DNA of 62,155 nucleotides from Microgenomates group bacterium ADurb.Bin219 (GTDB lineage: Bacteria; Patescibacteriota; Microgenomatia; UM-FILTER-40-11): the NCBI GenBank assembly GCA_002069945.1, contig MWCH01000005.1:1-62155 (forward strand). The letters run 5' to 3'. Positions 26,064 to 34,442 of this stretch are shown piece after piece. Both the position numbers and the translations under genes were made by a program. The notes beneath the pieces are model-generated. The model searched no databases. It saw only the letters and a list, made by a program, of their open reading frames with translations, and was not told where the DNA came from. Numbering within the stretch: position 1 is the stretch's first letter; the number at the start of each line of letters is the position of its first letter.

Positions 26064-27074
26064 ATGAACAAGATAAAAATTGTTGTTTTAATGGGAGGGA
26101 AGAGTGCTGAACGGGAAGTTTCTCTTTCAAGCGGCAGGGAAGTAGTTCGTCATCTAAACAAGAATAAATATGATATTCTACCGGTTGTAATTTCCAAAGA
26201 TGGTTTGAGATGGGAATTAAAAGATCTCGGACAATTGCTTCTTTGCGATCCTCTTTTAAAAAAAGAAAACTGCGAAAACCTTGTGTCTACAAAAGAAAAT
26301 ATTCGAATTGAATCTTTGCCCCAAAAAGCTAAGGTTGTTTTTATTGCGATGCATGGTAATTACGGGGAGGACGGTTCGATTCAGGGATTATTAGAAATGG
26401 CGGGGGTTCCTTATACAGGGGCGGGAGTTTTAGCCTCAGCTTTAGGGATGAATAAAATTATGTTTAGAAAAGTAATGCAAGCGGAAAAGATTCCGATGGC
26501 CAGGGCTCTTGTCTTATCTAAAAAAGATAATCCCCAAGTAATTTTAAAAGAGTTTAAGTTCCCTTTTGTAATTAAACCTTTTTCGCAAGGATCAAGCGTG
26601 GGTATAACTATCATAAAAGAGGAACGGCAGTTGAAAGATGGTTTAAAATTAGCTTTTGAATACGGTTCTAAAATCATTGTTGAAGAATATCTTTCCGGAG
26701 TTGAAGTTACTTGCGGAGTTATCGGGAATAGTAACCCTCTCGCTTTACCCATAGCGGAAATAGTTTCCAAAAATGAGTTTTTTGATTATGAGGCTAAATA
26801 CACTCCTGACAAATCGGAGGAAATCGTGCCGGCAAGACTAACGGCGAATCTAGCCAAAAAGGTTCAAAATTTAGCGATAAAAGTTTACAATGCTGTTGAT
26901 TGTCAAGGATTTGGAAGGGTTGATATGATTATCAGAGAAAACAAAATTTTCATTTTGGAGATAAATACGATTCCCGGGTTAACGCCTAACTCTTTATTGC
27001 CCAAAGAAGCTGCCGCTGCGGGAATTTCCTTCCCACAATTATTGGATAAAATTATTAATTTGGCTTTAGAATAA
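26064..27074 (+). CDS. ddl: D-alanine--D-alanine ligase
   Basis: GGKSAEREVSLSSG, HGNYGEDGSIQGLLEMAGVPYTG, EINTIPGLTPNSLLP. ATG 26064 preferred over TTG 26055. Confidence 0.9.
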   Translation: MNKIKIVVLMGGKSAEREVSLSSGREVVRHLNKNKYDILPVVISKDGLRWELKDLGQLLLCDPLLKKENCENLVSTKENIRIESLPQKAKVVFIAMHGNYGEDGSIQGLLEMAGVPYTGAGVLASALGMNKIMFRKVMQAEKIPMARALVLSKKDNPQVILKEFKFPFVIKPFSQGSSVGITIIKEERQLKDGLKLAFEYGSKIIVEEYLSGVEVTCGVIGNSNPLALPIAEIVSKNEFFDYEAKYTPDKSEEIVPARLTANLAKKVQNLAIKVYNAVDCQGFGRVDMIIRENKIFILEINTIPGLTPNSLLPKEAAAAGISFPQLLDKIINLALE

Positions 27075-28309
27075 TGATTAAATCATATTTCCATCGGGCA
27101 AGAAGATCGTTGGCCAAGTTTTGGCTTGAGGTTAATCCCCAATTAAGAATTGTCGGGATCACCGGCAGCTTCGGTAAAACCAATACGGCTCGGGCAGTTG
27201 CGTCCGTATTGAGTAAAATGTTTCCGACCGTTCAAACCGATTTAAATCTGGACACGGTTTATAATTTGCCGATAACGATTTTAAAGGTGAAGCCATGGAC
27301 GGAAGCGTTGGTTTTGGAAATGGGGGTTGATCACCTTGGAGAAATGGATTTCCATCTTTCTTTGGTCAAGCCGCAGATCGGGATTGTCACCGGGATTACG
27401 CCGGTTCATAGCGACAAAGAACATTTTGGCTCGCTGGAAAATATTATTAAGGAGAAAGCCAAATTGCTTCAGTCTTTGCCGGCTGACGGGTTGGCGATTT
27501 TAAACTACGAAGACGAAGCGGTTAGAAAGATGGCCGGTTTGACCAAGGCAAAAGTGGTCTTTTACGGCAGGAATCAGGATAAAAAGAACAATTGCGATGT
27601 TTGGGCGGAGACAATTAAAGTTGACCGCGAAGGAACAAGATTTACCATTCGGGAAAAAAACGGAAGGATTAATGTTTCTACCGGCTTAATCGGCGATCAT
27701 TTGGTTGACGGCTGTTTGGCGGCTTACTTGGTCGGCCGCTATTTCCAAATAGAAAAAAATTTGATTATCAATTCTTTCAGCGAGCTAAAACCTTTAAAAG
27801 GAAGGCTGAATTATGAACCGGGTCCGAGGGGAACTTATTTGTTGAACGATGCTTTGCGGTCCAACCCGGCCTCCGCCATGGCCGGATTAACCGTTTTAAC
27901 GGAATTGAAAGGCAAAAGGAAGATTGCTGTTTTGGGAGAGATGGGCGAGCTGGGCGATTTTGAAGAAGAAGGTCATCGTCTGGTCGGCCGGCATTTGGCC
28001 AAGCAAAAAATTGATTTGGCGGTCGGAATCGGACCTTTGACCAAATTTATTTTAACTGAAGCAATCAAAGAGGGAATGGACAAAAAGAAAACTTTTTGGG
28101 CCAAAGACGTAATTCAAGCGGCTGATTTTTTAAGAAAGGAATTGAGAAAAGAGGATTTTGTTTATTTAAAAGGTTCTTTGCTTCGTCATCTGGAAAGAAT
28201 ATTGATTTTATTGAAAGAGGAGAAAGTTGATTGCCGGTTGGTTTCCTGCAATCGCTATTTGCCCTGTTGGACTTGCCCCTATCGGTTTAATAAAGTAAAA
28301 TCTTCCTAA
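27074..28309 (+). CDS. murF: UDP-MurNAc-tripeptide--D-Ala-D-Ala ligase
   Basis: VGITGSFGKTNT, LEMGVDHLGEM, NDALRSNPASAMAGL, LGEMGELG. 1-nt TAATG overlaps on both sides. Confidence 0.8.
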   Translation: MIKSYFHRARRSLAKFWLEVNPQLRIVGITGSFGKTNTARAVASVLSKMFPTVQTDLNLDTVYNLPITILKVKPWTEALVLEMGVDHLGEMDFHLSLVKPQIGIVTGITPVHSDKEHFGSLENIIKEKAKLLQSLPADGLAILNYEDEAVRKMAGLTKAKVVFYGRNQDKKNNCDVWAETIKVDREGTRFTIREKNGRINVSTGLIGDHLVDGCLAAYLVGRYFQIEKNLIINSFSELKPLKGRLNYEPGPRGTYLLNDALRSNPASAMAGLTVLTELKGKRKIAVLGEMGELGDFEEEGHRLVGRHLAKQKIDLAVGIGPLTKFILTEAIKEGMDKKKTFWAKDVIQAADFLRKELRKEDFVYLKGSLLRHLERILILLKEEKVDCRLVSCNRYLPCWTCPYRFNKVKSS

Positions 28310-29343
28310 TGATGGCTTTGTACTTGGGACTATTGCTTTTTTCTTTCAGCCTGACCAGTATTCTGATTGTTCCCTATATCAATCTTCTTTACCGCTTAAA
28401 ATTCCTCAGGAAAATTCAGAAAACCAAAGACTTTTTAGGGAATCGGACTCCGATTTTTGATCGTCTTCACCAGGTGAAGGCGGGAACGCCGGTCGGCGGC
28501 GGCGTTTTAACCATATTTTTGGTTTTTTTTCTTTACTTGATTCTTTTCCCGGCCTTAAAAATTTTAGGTGTTTATATTACAGCACTTTACCCGATCAATG
28601 AAGAATTGAACATTATTTTCTTTACTTTCATTTCCTTTGGTCTGTTGGGACTTTATGATGATTTGATGAAATTTTTCGGCCTGGCAAAGATCGGGGTTTT
28701 TGGCTTAAGAATGAGGCATAAATTTATTATTCAATGGATTTTGGCTTTAATCATCGGCCTTTTGCTTTATCAGAATTTAAAAATTGATTTTATTTACATT
28801 CCTTTTTTGAACGTTATCAATTTAGGCTGGCTTTTTATTCCTTTTTCCGCTTTGGTAATCGTTTCTTTTACCAACGCTTTTAATATTACTGACGGTCTTG
28901 ACGGATTGGCCGCCGGCTTGAATTTAATCTGTCTATTCGCCTTTTGGCTTCTTTCGTATACGACTTTGGACACGCCGCTTTCGGTTTTTTTGGCGCTTTG
29001 GATCGGCTCATTGATTGCTTTTTTATACTTTAATGTTTATCCGGCCAGAATATTTTTGGGCGACGGCGGCGCTTTGTCCTTTGGTGCCACCATGGCGGTT
29101 GTCGGTTTATTGATCGGCAAATTGGCTCCCTTGATAGTTATCGGCGGAATTTTTGTCATAGAAGCTTTTTCAAGCATGGTTCAAATTTTGGCCAAAAAGT
29201 TTTTAGGCAGGAAAATTTTTAAGGTCGCTCCTTTTCATCTCTGGCTTCAAAATGAGGGTTGGGAAGAACCAAAAATTGTCATGCGCGCCTGGCTGGCCGG
29301 AATTATTTTGGCAATTTTCGGAATTTGGCTGGCGGTTATTTAG
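28309..29343 (+). CDS. mraY: Phospho-N-acetylmuramoyl-pentapeptide transferase
   Basis: NAFNITDGLDGLA, VYPARIFLGDGGALSFG. About 10 TM segments. Confidence 0.9.
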   Translation: MMALYLGLLLFSFSLTSILIVPYINLLYRLKFLRKIQKTKDFLGNRTPIFDRLHQVKAGTPVGGGVLTIFLVFFLYLILFPALKILGVYITALYPINEELNIIFFTFISFGLLGLYDDLMKFFGLAKIGVFGLRMRHKFIIQWILALIIGLLLYQNLKIDFIYIPFLNVINLGWLFIPFSALVIVSFTNAFNITDGLDGLAAGLNLICLFAFWLLSYTTLDTPLSVFLALWIGSLIAFLYFNVYPARIFLGDGGALSFGATMAVVGLLIGKLAPLIVIGGIFVIEAFSSMVQILAKKFLGRKIFKVAPFHLWLQNEGWEEPKIVMRAWLAGIILAIFGIWLAVI

Positions 29344-29375
29344 AGATTGGATATTAGAAACGAGAGATGATAGAA
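29341..29375. repeat. Heptamer patch (TAGAGAT TGGATAT TAGAAAC GAGAGAT GATAGAA) across the mraY stop and the next start
   Basis: Read directly. TAGAGATTGG is identical to 31951..31960. Confidence 0.6.
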
Positions 29376-30077
29376 AAATCAGAAGTTTTGGAAAGACTTT
29401 ATTTTGAATATACCCATTTATTTTTGGGCGGTAAAGCCGTTCGTTGCCCTTATTGGTCAAACGACAAAAAGAATTTAATCCCCGGCCCTTTTAAAGGCAA
29501 GGGAACACCGAGGCAAATTATCGAGGCTACGATCAAGAGGGCTTTGGATTTGGGTTTGGATTTGGAGAAGATGTCTTCCGCCGAGATCCGAAGTTTTATG
29601 GTCCGGGAAAAAATCGGGGTTGATTGCTCCGGTTTTGTCTATCATTTGGCGAATGGTCTTGATAAAGAAAAAGGCGGTTCGGGTATCTTGGAAAAAGTGG
29701 CGGGCATTAACGGAAACGGACCTCTTAGGGTAAACGCCTTTTGCCTAACCAATGATAGAAATTCGCTGCCGGTTGAATCTGTCGCCGAAATAAGAATAGG
29801 CGATTTTATCCGCCTTAACGCCGGAAAACACATTGCGATTGTTTTAAGAATTAATAAAGATCGCCAAAAAACAATCAAGGAAGTGATTTATGCCCACTCT
29901 GCATTTTTTACAAAAACGACCGGTGTTCATACTGCCAAGTTTTTAGTTAAAGAAATTTCGGCGGGATTGGAGAAACAGTTGTGGTTTGAAAAAGACCGGC
30001 AGGGAAAGGACTATTTTTCCGCTAGCTTCAATAAACAAACCGGAGACGGAATTAGAAGATTAAAAATCTGGGCTTAA
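29367..30077 (+). CDS. Putative NlpC/P60-like cysteine peptidase, no signal peptide
   Basis: GVDCSGFVYHLANG (catalytic Cys context) and GDFIRLNAGKHIAIVL...VIYAHS (His region). Assignment is by motif only. Confidence 0.4.
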   Translation: MIEKSEVLERLYFEYTHLFLGGKAVRCPYWSNDKKNLIPGPFKGKGTPRQIIEATIKRALDLGLDLEKMSSAEIRSFMVREKIGVDCSGFVYHLANGLDKEKGGSGILEKVAGINGNGPLRVNAFCLTNDRNSLPVESVAEIRIGDFIRLNAGKHIAIVLRINKDRQKTIKEVIYAHSAFFTKTTGVHTAKFLVKEISAGLEKQLWFEKDRQGKDYFSASFNKQTGDGIRRLKIWA

Positions 30078-30191
30078 CGGAAGTGCAAAACTATCCTGAC
30101 CACAAAGTGTCTGATTTTTCCAAACGAAGATTTTAAGCAAGGACTGTTAACAAGCAAAAAAGTTTGAGAATATTTAGACAGGATAGCGCGG

Positions 30192-30824
30192 TTAGGCTTT
30201 AGAGATTTCGGCCTTCGTTTCTGGCGACTTAAAGACTCCGTAGGATTGCTGAAAATAGTTAAAAACAGCATTCCTTAATTTTTCCCAAAGTTTGCCTTGA
30301 TCATTGGCGTTTGGTAGATTTCCAAGGATTTTTTCCCTGATTGTACTTTCTTCTTCTCCGGATAATTTTTTATCTTCTTCTTTTCCTTTTTTTATTATTT
30401 TTCCGCTTTTAAGACATTCTTCAAGGCTAAATATTGGCAAAACTTCCTCTTCGTTCGCCGAATAAATTCGGTTTCTTATTGAAACCGACAAACCATCCCA
30501 GATATTTTCGACAGTCTCTTGAGGTAGTTTGGTGAGCCGAGTATTAAATTTCTTATATATTCTTTGAAGTTCTGGTATTTGTTGTTCAGCAATATCTTCA
30601 ATATATTTACTAACAGATTGGCCAAAAGAGTCTAGTGTTTGCGACAAATCAATCGTTTGAAGAAAGAAATCCGGGTTTTCTCTTTGAGTTTTAAAGCTAA
30701 TAAAATCCAGTCCTTCAATCAAAATCTCAGGAGGAACGACTAACATTTCCCTAAGTGCTTGTCTTACCAAATTTCTAGTAGAAACTGATGTTATTTCAAC
30801 AAGAGTTGGCAGATGCTCACTCAT
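30192..30824 (-). CDS. Hypothetical protein (210 aa), translationally coupled to the LysW-like ORF
   Basis: Long ORF with no family I recognise. Its ATG overlaps the TGA of 30821..30979 (ATGA). Confidence 0.6.
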   Translation of the reverse strand: MSEHLPTLVEITSVSTRNLVRQALREMLVVPPEILIEGLDFISFKTQRENPDFFLQTIDLSQTLDSFGQSVSKYIEDIAEQQIPELQRIYKKFNTRLTKLPQETVENIWDGLSVSIRNRIYSANEEEVLPIFSLEECLKSGKIIKKGKEEDKKLSGEEESTIREKILGNLPNANDQGKLWEKLRNAVFNYFQQSYGVFKSPETKAEISKA

Positions 30825-30979
30825 TTTTCTTCCTCAATTAAGGAAACAGAAAGCGGCTCCAGACTGGTGATTTCAATTTCCGCACCGCAATTTTCACACT
30901 CGATTATTTCGCCGACTTTCGGGTCTTTTTCTTTAATTTCTACCGGCTCATGACAATCCGGACAAATTACTTTTTTCAT
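30821..30979 (-). CDS. LysW/ArgW-like zinc-ribbon protein (52 aa), absent from the ORF track
   Basis: Hand translation: MKKVICPDCHEPVEIKEKDPKVGEIIECENCGAEIEITSLEPLSVSLIEEEK. GGAGGAGG Shine-Dalgarno 4 nt upstream. Pattern CPxC-x13-GE-x3-CxxCGAExE...LxPL is as in LysW (from memory). Confidence 0.6.
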   Translation of the reverse strand: MKKVICPDCHEPVEIKEKDPKVGEIIECENCGAEIEITSLEPLSVSLIEEEK

Positions 30980-31012
30980 TCTTCCTCCTCCTTACTAATT
31001 GTAAGATTAATG

Positions 31013-31018
31013 TATAAT
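31013..31018 (+). promoter_or_regulatory. Putative -10 box (TATAAT) in the divergent intergenic region
   Basis: TATAAT lies 11 nt upstream of ATG 31030. No Shine-Dalgarno in between, implying a very short leader. Confidence 0.4.
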
Positions 31019-31029
31019 TTATCCTAAAG

Positions 31030-31953
31030 ATGATTAATCTTCAAGAGGATGTTTCCCAGAGAGGAATTTGGCGGTATCACCGCGATTTATTACCTATCGG
31101 AGAAGAGTCCCGTTTAAGCCTGGGGGAAGGAGCGACCCCAACTACACAAATTGACGGAATTTTTTTCAAAAGGGAGGATCTAAACCCGAACGGCTCGCTT
31201 AAAGATCGGGGAATGGCCTTTCAAGTTAGTTCTGCTTACGGCTCAGGCGAAAAGAATTTGGTCATTTCTTCTTCGGGGAATGCCGCGATTTCCGCTTCCG
31301 CCTATTGCCGCTTGGCGGATATCAATCTTACCGTTTTTGTTGCCGAAAGCATTAACCAAAAAAAACTGGCAATGGTAAAAAATTCAAAAGCAAAAGTTAA
31401 AATCGGCAAAAGACCGGTTAGCGAAGCGATTAAATGGGCAAAAAGAAACAATTTTCCCAATTTAAGACCGTCAACCGATCCGGCGGGCAGTATCGGCTAT
31501 CAAACAATCGCGTATGAACTTTATCGGGAGCTGGGCCGAATTGAAGAGCTTTTTTTGCCGGTTTCTTCGGGAACAGCCCTAAAAGGAATTGCTGGCGGAT
31601 TTAAAAGACTGGGTTTTTTACCCAGGATTTATGCTTGTCAGTCAACAAGAACTTTTTCTTTGGCCAAAAACTTTGATGCGGATTTTGTTGTTTCCAAGAC
31701 CAGTCTGGCGGATGCGCTGGTCGCAAAAATTGTTCCGGACAGAGATCAGATTTTAAATATAATAAGAGAGTCCGGCGGCGGCGGTTGGGTAATTTCTGAT
31801 GAAGAGATTGTCAAAGCCGGCGATTGGTTGGAGAAAAACGGAATTTTAACTTCGGCTGAAGGTGCCTTGGCTTTGGCGGCGGTTTGGAAAGCAAAAGCCA
31901 AGGAGCAAAAACTCGGGAAAACCGTTTGTCTGTTAACGGGAAAAAAATATTAG
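31030..31953 (+). CDS. Fold-type II PLP-dependent enzyme, threonine synthase-like (short form)
   Basis: EDLNPNGSLKDRGMAFQVS (PLP-lysine motif of the ThrC type) and ISSSGNAAISASAYC. Confidence 0.7.
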   Translation: MINLQEDVSQRGIWRYHRDLLPIGEESRLSLGEGATPTTQIDGIFFKREDLNPNGSLKDRGMAFQVSSAYGSGEKNLVISSSGNAAISASAYCRLADINLTVFVAESINQKKLAMVKNSKAKVKIGKRPVSEAIKWAKRNNFPNLRPSTDPAGSIGYQTIAYELYRELGRIEELFLPVSSGTALKGIAGGFKRLGFLPRIYACQSTRTFSLAKNFDADFVVSKTSLADALVAKIVPDRDQILNIIRESGGGGWVISDEEIVKAGDWLEKNGILTSAEGALALAAVWKAKAKEQKLGKTVCLLTGKKY

Positions 31954-31965
31954 AGATTGGAAAAA

Positions 31966-33342
31966 ATGGAAAAAATAAATTTTTTGGAAAAGATTAAAGA
32001 ACCGATTTTTTATATTACCAATGATGTAGCCAAAGGAATCGGCCTGGAAAATCTTTTACCCGACTATCACATTATCTGTCTTGATGATCATCCTTTGGTT
32101 GATTATTTGGAAAAGGCCGGTGTTAAAGTATTTTGCCTGGAAAGAGTTTTAAAGCAGAAGAACCGGATTTTCAGGAGTACCGGTAAAATTATTGACCATC
32201 CTTTGGTTTTGGAATACATTAAAAAAGAAAGTTCGGGAGAGACGCCCCAAATTCTTTTTTTTAAGCCTTCGTCAAAAATAGACTTAATTTGCAAAAAATT
32301 CGGCTTTAACCGCCTGGGAAACCCGAGCCCTTTAAACCGGATTTTTGAAGATAAAATCAGTTTTTACGATCTGTGCCGGCAAGAAGGTTTGCCGGTTCCC
32401 GAGGGAGAATTGACGAAATTGGCGCAAGCAGAAAACTTTGAGGAAACGGCAAAAAAATATGGCCTTCCTTTTGTTGTCCAATTCGGTCGGGGATGGGCGG
32501 GGAGCACTACTTTTTTTGTCAATAACGAAAACGAATTTGCGGAATTGAGAAGAAAATATCCCGATATTCCGGTAAAAATTACCGAATTTATCAAGGGAAT
32601 TACATTATTAAACAATGCCTGTATTTTTGCCGGCAAAGTCTTGACCAGTCCCCCGGCAATGCAGATTCCCTCTTTCCCGAATTGGACTTCTTTGGCGGCG
32701 GCGACTTGCGGTCGGCAGTGGCCGGCGGAGATTGGTCCGGCCAAAACAAAGGAGATTGACGCGCTAACCGAAAAAGTCGGTAGATTGATGGCCGAAAAGG
32801 GCTACCGGGGCTTTTTCGGGCTTGATTTTCTTTTGGAAGACAAGACCGGCCGGATTTTTCTTTCGGAAAATAATGCCCGGCTGACCGCTTCCGCGCCTTT
32901 TTTTACTAAACTGGAAATAGAAGCTTTAAATAACCGGAAAGCGGAAAGATTGCCTTTAACGGCTTTTCATTTGCTGTCGTTTTTGGATCTTAAAGAGGCG
33001 GAAAGTTTATCCTATCTGAAGACAGAAGTTTGCGGCAGCGAAATTGTTTTCCGAAACAAGGAAAAGTCAGCGCTTTTGGTTAAGGGCTCTTTTGCCCCCG
33101 GCGTTTATACTTTTTCTCAAGAAAAATTGACCCTTAAAAGAAAAGATTATTCCTTTTTTCCTTTGGCCGACAAAGAAGTTTGGCTGACCGCGGCCGCTTC
33201 GGGCCGATTAATCAATCCGGAAGTAGAAATCGGCAGAATTATTCTAAACCGGAAGATTTTGGCCGACAGGTCCATTAATGATCCTTCCGTTTTTGTAATG
33301 GTCAAACAGGTTAAAAGTTTATTAATGTTGGAAAAATGTTGA
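31966..33342 (+). CDS. ATP-grasp family ligase (458 aa), substrate unknown
   Basis: FEDKISFYDLCRQEGLPVP, LPFVVQFGRGWAGSTTFFV, EFIKG, GYRGFFGLDFLLEDKTGRIFLSENNARLT. Stop overlaps the ftsW start by 7 nt. ATG 31966 preferred over TTG 31957. Confidence 0.7.
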   Translation: MEKINFLEKIKEPIFYITNDVAKGIGLENLLPDYHIICLDDHPLVDYLEKAGVKVFCLERVLKQKNRIFRSTGKIIDHPLVLEYIKKESSGETPQILFFKPSSKIDLICKKFGFNRLGNPSPLNRIFEDKISFYDLCRQEGLPVPEGELTKLAQAENFEETAKKYGLPFVVQFGRGWAGSTTFFVNNENEFAELRRKYPDIPVKITEFIKGITLLNNACIFAGKVLTSPPAMQIPSFPNWTSLAAATCGRQWPAEIGPAKTKEIDALTEKVGRLMAEKGYRGFFGLDFLLEDKTGRIFLSENNARLTASAPFFTKLEIEALNNRKAERLPLTAFHLLSFLDLKEAESLSYLKTEVCGSEIVFRNKEKSALLVKGSFAPGVYTFSQEKLTLKRKDYSFFPLADKEVWLTAAASGRLINPEVEIGRIILNRKILADRSINDPSVFVMVKQVKSLLMLEKC

Positions 33343-34442
33343 AGCCTTTTTCCGGAAAAGCCAAAATTGACCGGGGATTGTTGACCGCGGTTATTTTGTT
33401 GGGTTTTTTCGGAATTCTTATGGTTTTTGATTCCTCTTCGGTAATGGCAGCCCAAAATTTTAACGACAAATTCCATTTTGTTAAATTGCATGGGGTTTGG
33501 GCTTTCTTGGGGATGATAATTATGCTTTTAGCTTCGTTGATAGACTTTCGTTTTTGGAAAAAAACCGCGGTAATTTTTTTTGCCGCTTCGCTGGCAAGCT
33601 TGGTTTTGGTTTTAATTCCCGGAATCGGCTTAAAGCTCTTGGGAGGTAGAAGATGGTTAGGGATCGGCGAGTTGACCTTTCAGCCGTCCGAAGTCGCCAA
33701 ATTGGCGACGATAATTTATCTGGCTTCATTTTTGGAAAAAAAGAAGAGTTTTTTTCACTTTTCCATTATTTTGGCGGTAGTTGCCGGATTATTGATGTTG
33801 GAGCCGGATTTGGGAACAACCGTAATCTTGATTTTTTCTTCATTGGTGGTTTATTTTCTTTCCGGCGCCAGTTTAAAAGAATTTTTTTTCCTGGCCCTGG
33901 CCGGGATTGCCGCCGGATCTTTACTGATTTTGATTTCCCCTTACCGTATGGCCAGAATGAAGGTTTTTTTAAATCCCGATTTGGATCCCCAGGGCTCATC
34001 GTATCATTTAAGGCAGATTCTTTTGGCTTTGGGTTCGGGCGGATTTTTTGGCCGGGGGATTGGTCAGTCTAGACAAAAATTTCTTTTTTTGCCGGAAACG
34101 GCGACCGATTCGATTTTCGCGGTTATTGCCGAGGAAACCGGTTTTGCCGGCGCTTTTTTGGTTCTCGGCTGTTTTTTTTACATTATTTCCCGAAGCTTGA
34201 GAATTTCGCGTTTTTCCACGGATAAATTCGGTCAGCTTTTGGCGGGCGGAATTACCGGATTGTTTTTTATTCAGGCTTTTTTGAATTTAGGCTCAATGGT
34301 TTCTTTGGTCCCTTTAACCGGGGTTCCTTTGCCGTTGATTTCTTACGGTCGCTCCTCAATGGTGGTGACTTTTTTTTATTTCGGGATTTTGCTTAATATT
34401 TCCCGAAACGTGTTAATTGTTAAAAAGGAGAAAACACGATGA
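33336..34442 (+). CDS. ftsW: SEDS-family peptidoglycan polymerase FtsW
   Basis: FQPSEVAKL, EPDLGT, LPETATDSIFAVIAEE, PLISYGRSS. Positioned before murG. Confidence 0.85.
   Translation: MLKPFSGKAKIDRGLLTAVILLGFFGILMVFDSSSVMAAQNFNDKFHFVKLHGVWAFLGMIIMLLASLIDFRFWKKTAVIFFAASLASLVLVLIPGIGLKLLGGRRWLGIGELTFQPSEVAKLATIIYLASFLEKKKSFFHFSIILAVVAGLLMLEPDLGTTVILIFSSLVVYFLSGASLKEFFFLALAGIAAGSLLILISPYRMARMKVFLNPDLDPQGSSYHLRQILLALGSGGFFGRGIGQSRQKFLFLPETATDSIFAVIAEETGFAGAFLVLGCFFYIISRSLRISRFSTDKFGQLLAGGITGLFFIQAFLNLGSMVSLVPLTGVPLPLISYGRSSMVVTFFYFGILLNISRNVLIVKKEKTR

Noticed and set aside
30078-30191. Convergent spacer with an 8-bp inverted repeat CTATCCTG (30091..30098) / CAGGATAG (30179..30186) flanking 80 nt: possible sRNA or terminator
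   Set aside because: The stem is short and the loop very long. There is only a weak GAC(C)AC-AAA-GTGTC hairpin plus T-run at about 30098..30120. I recognise no covariation or motif, so the evidence is insufficient.
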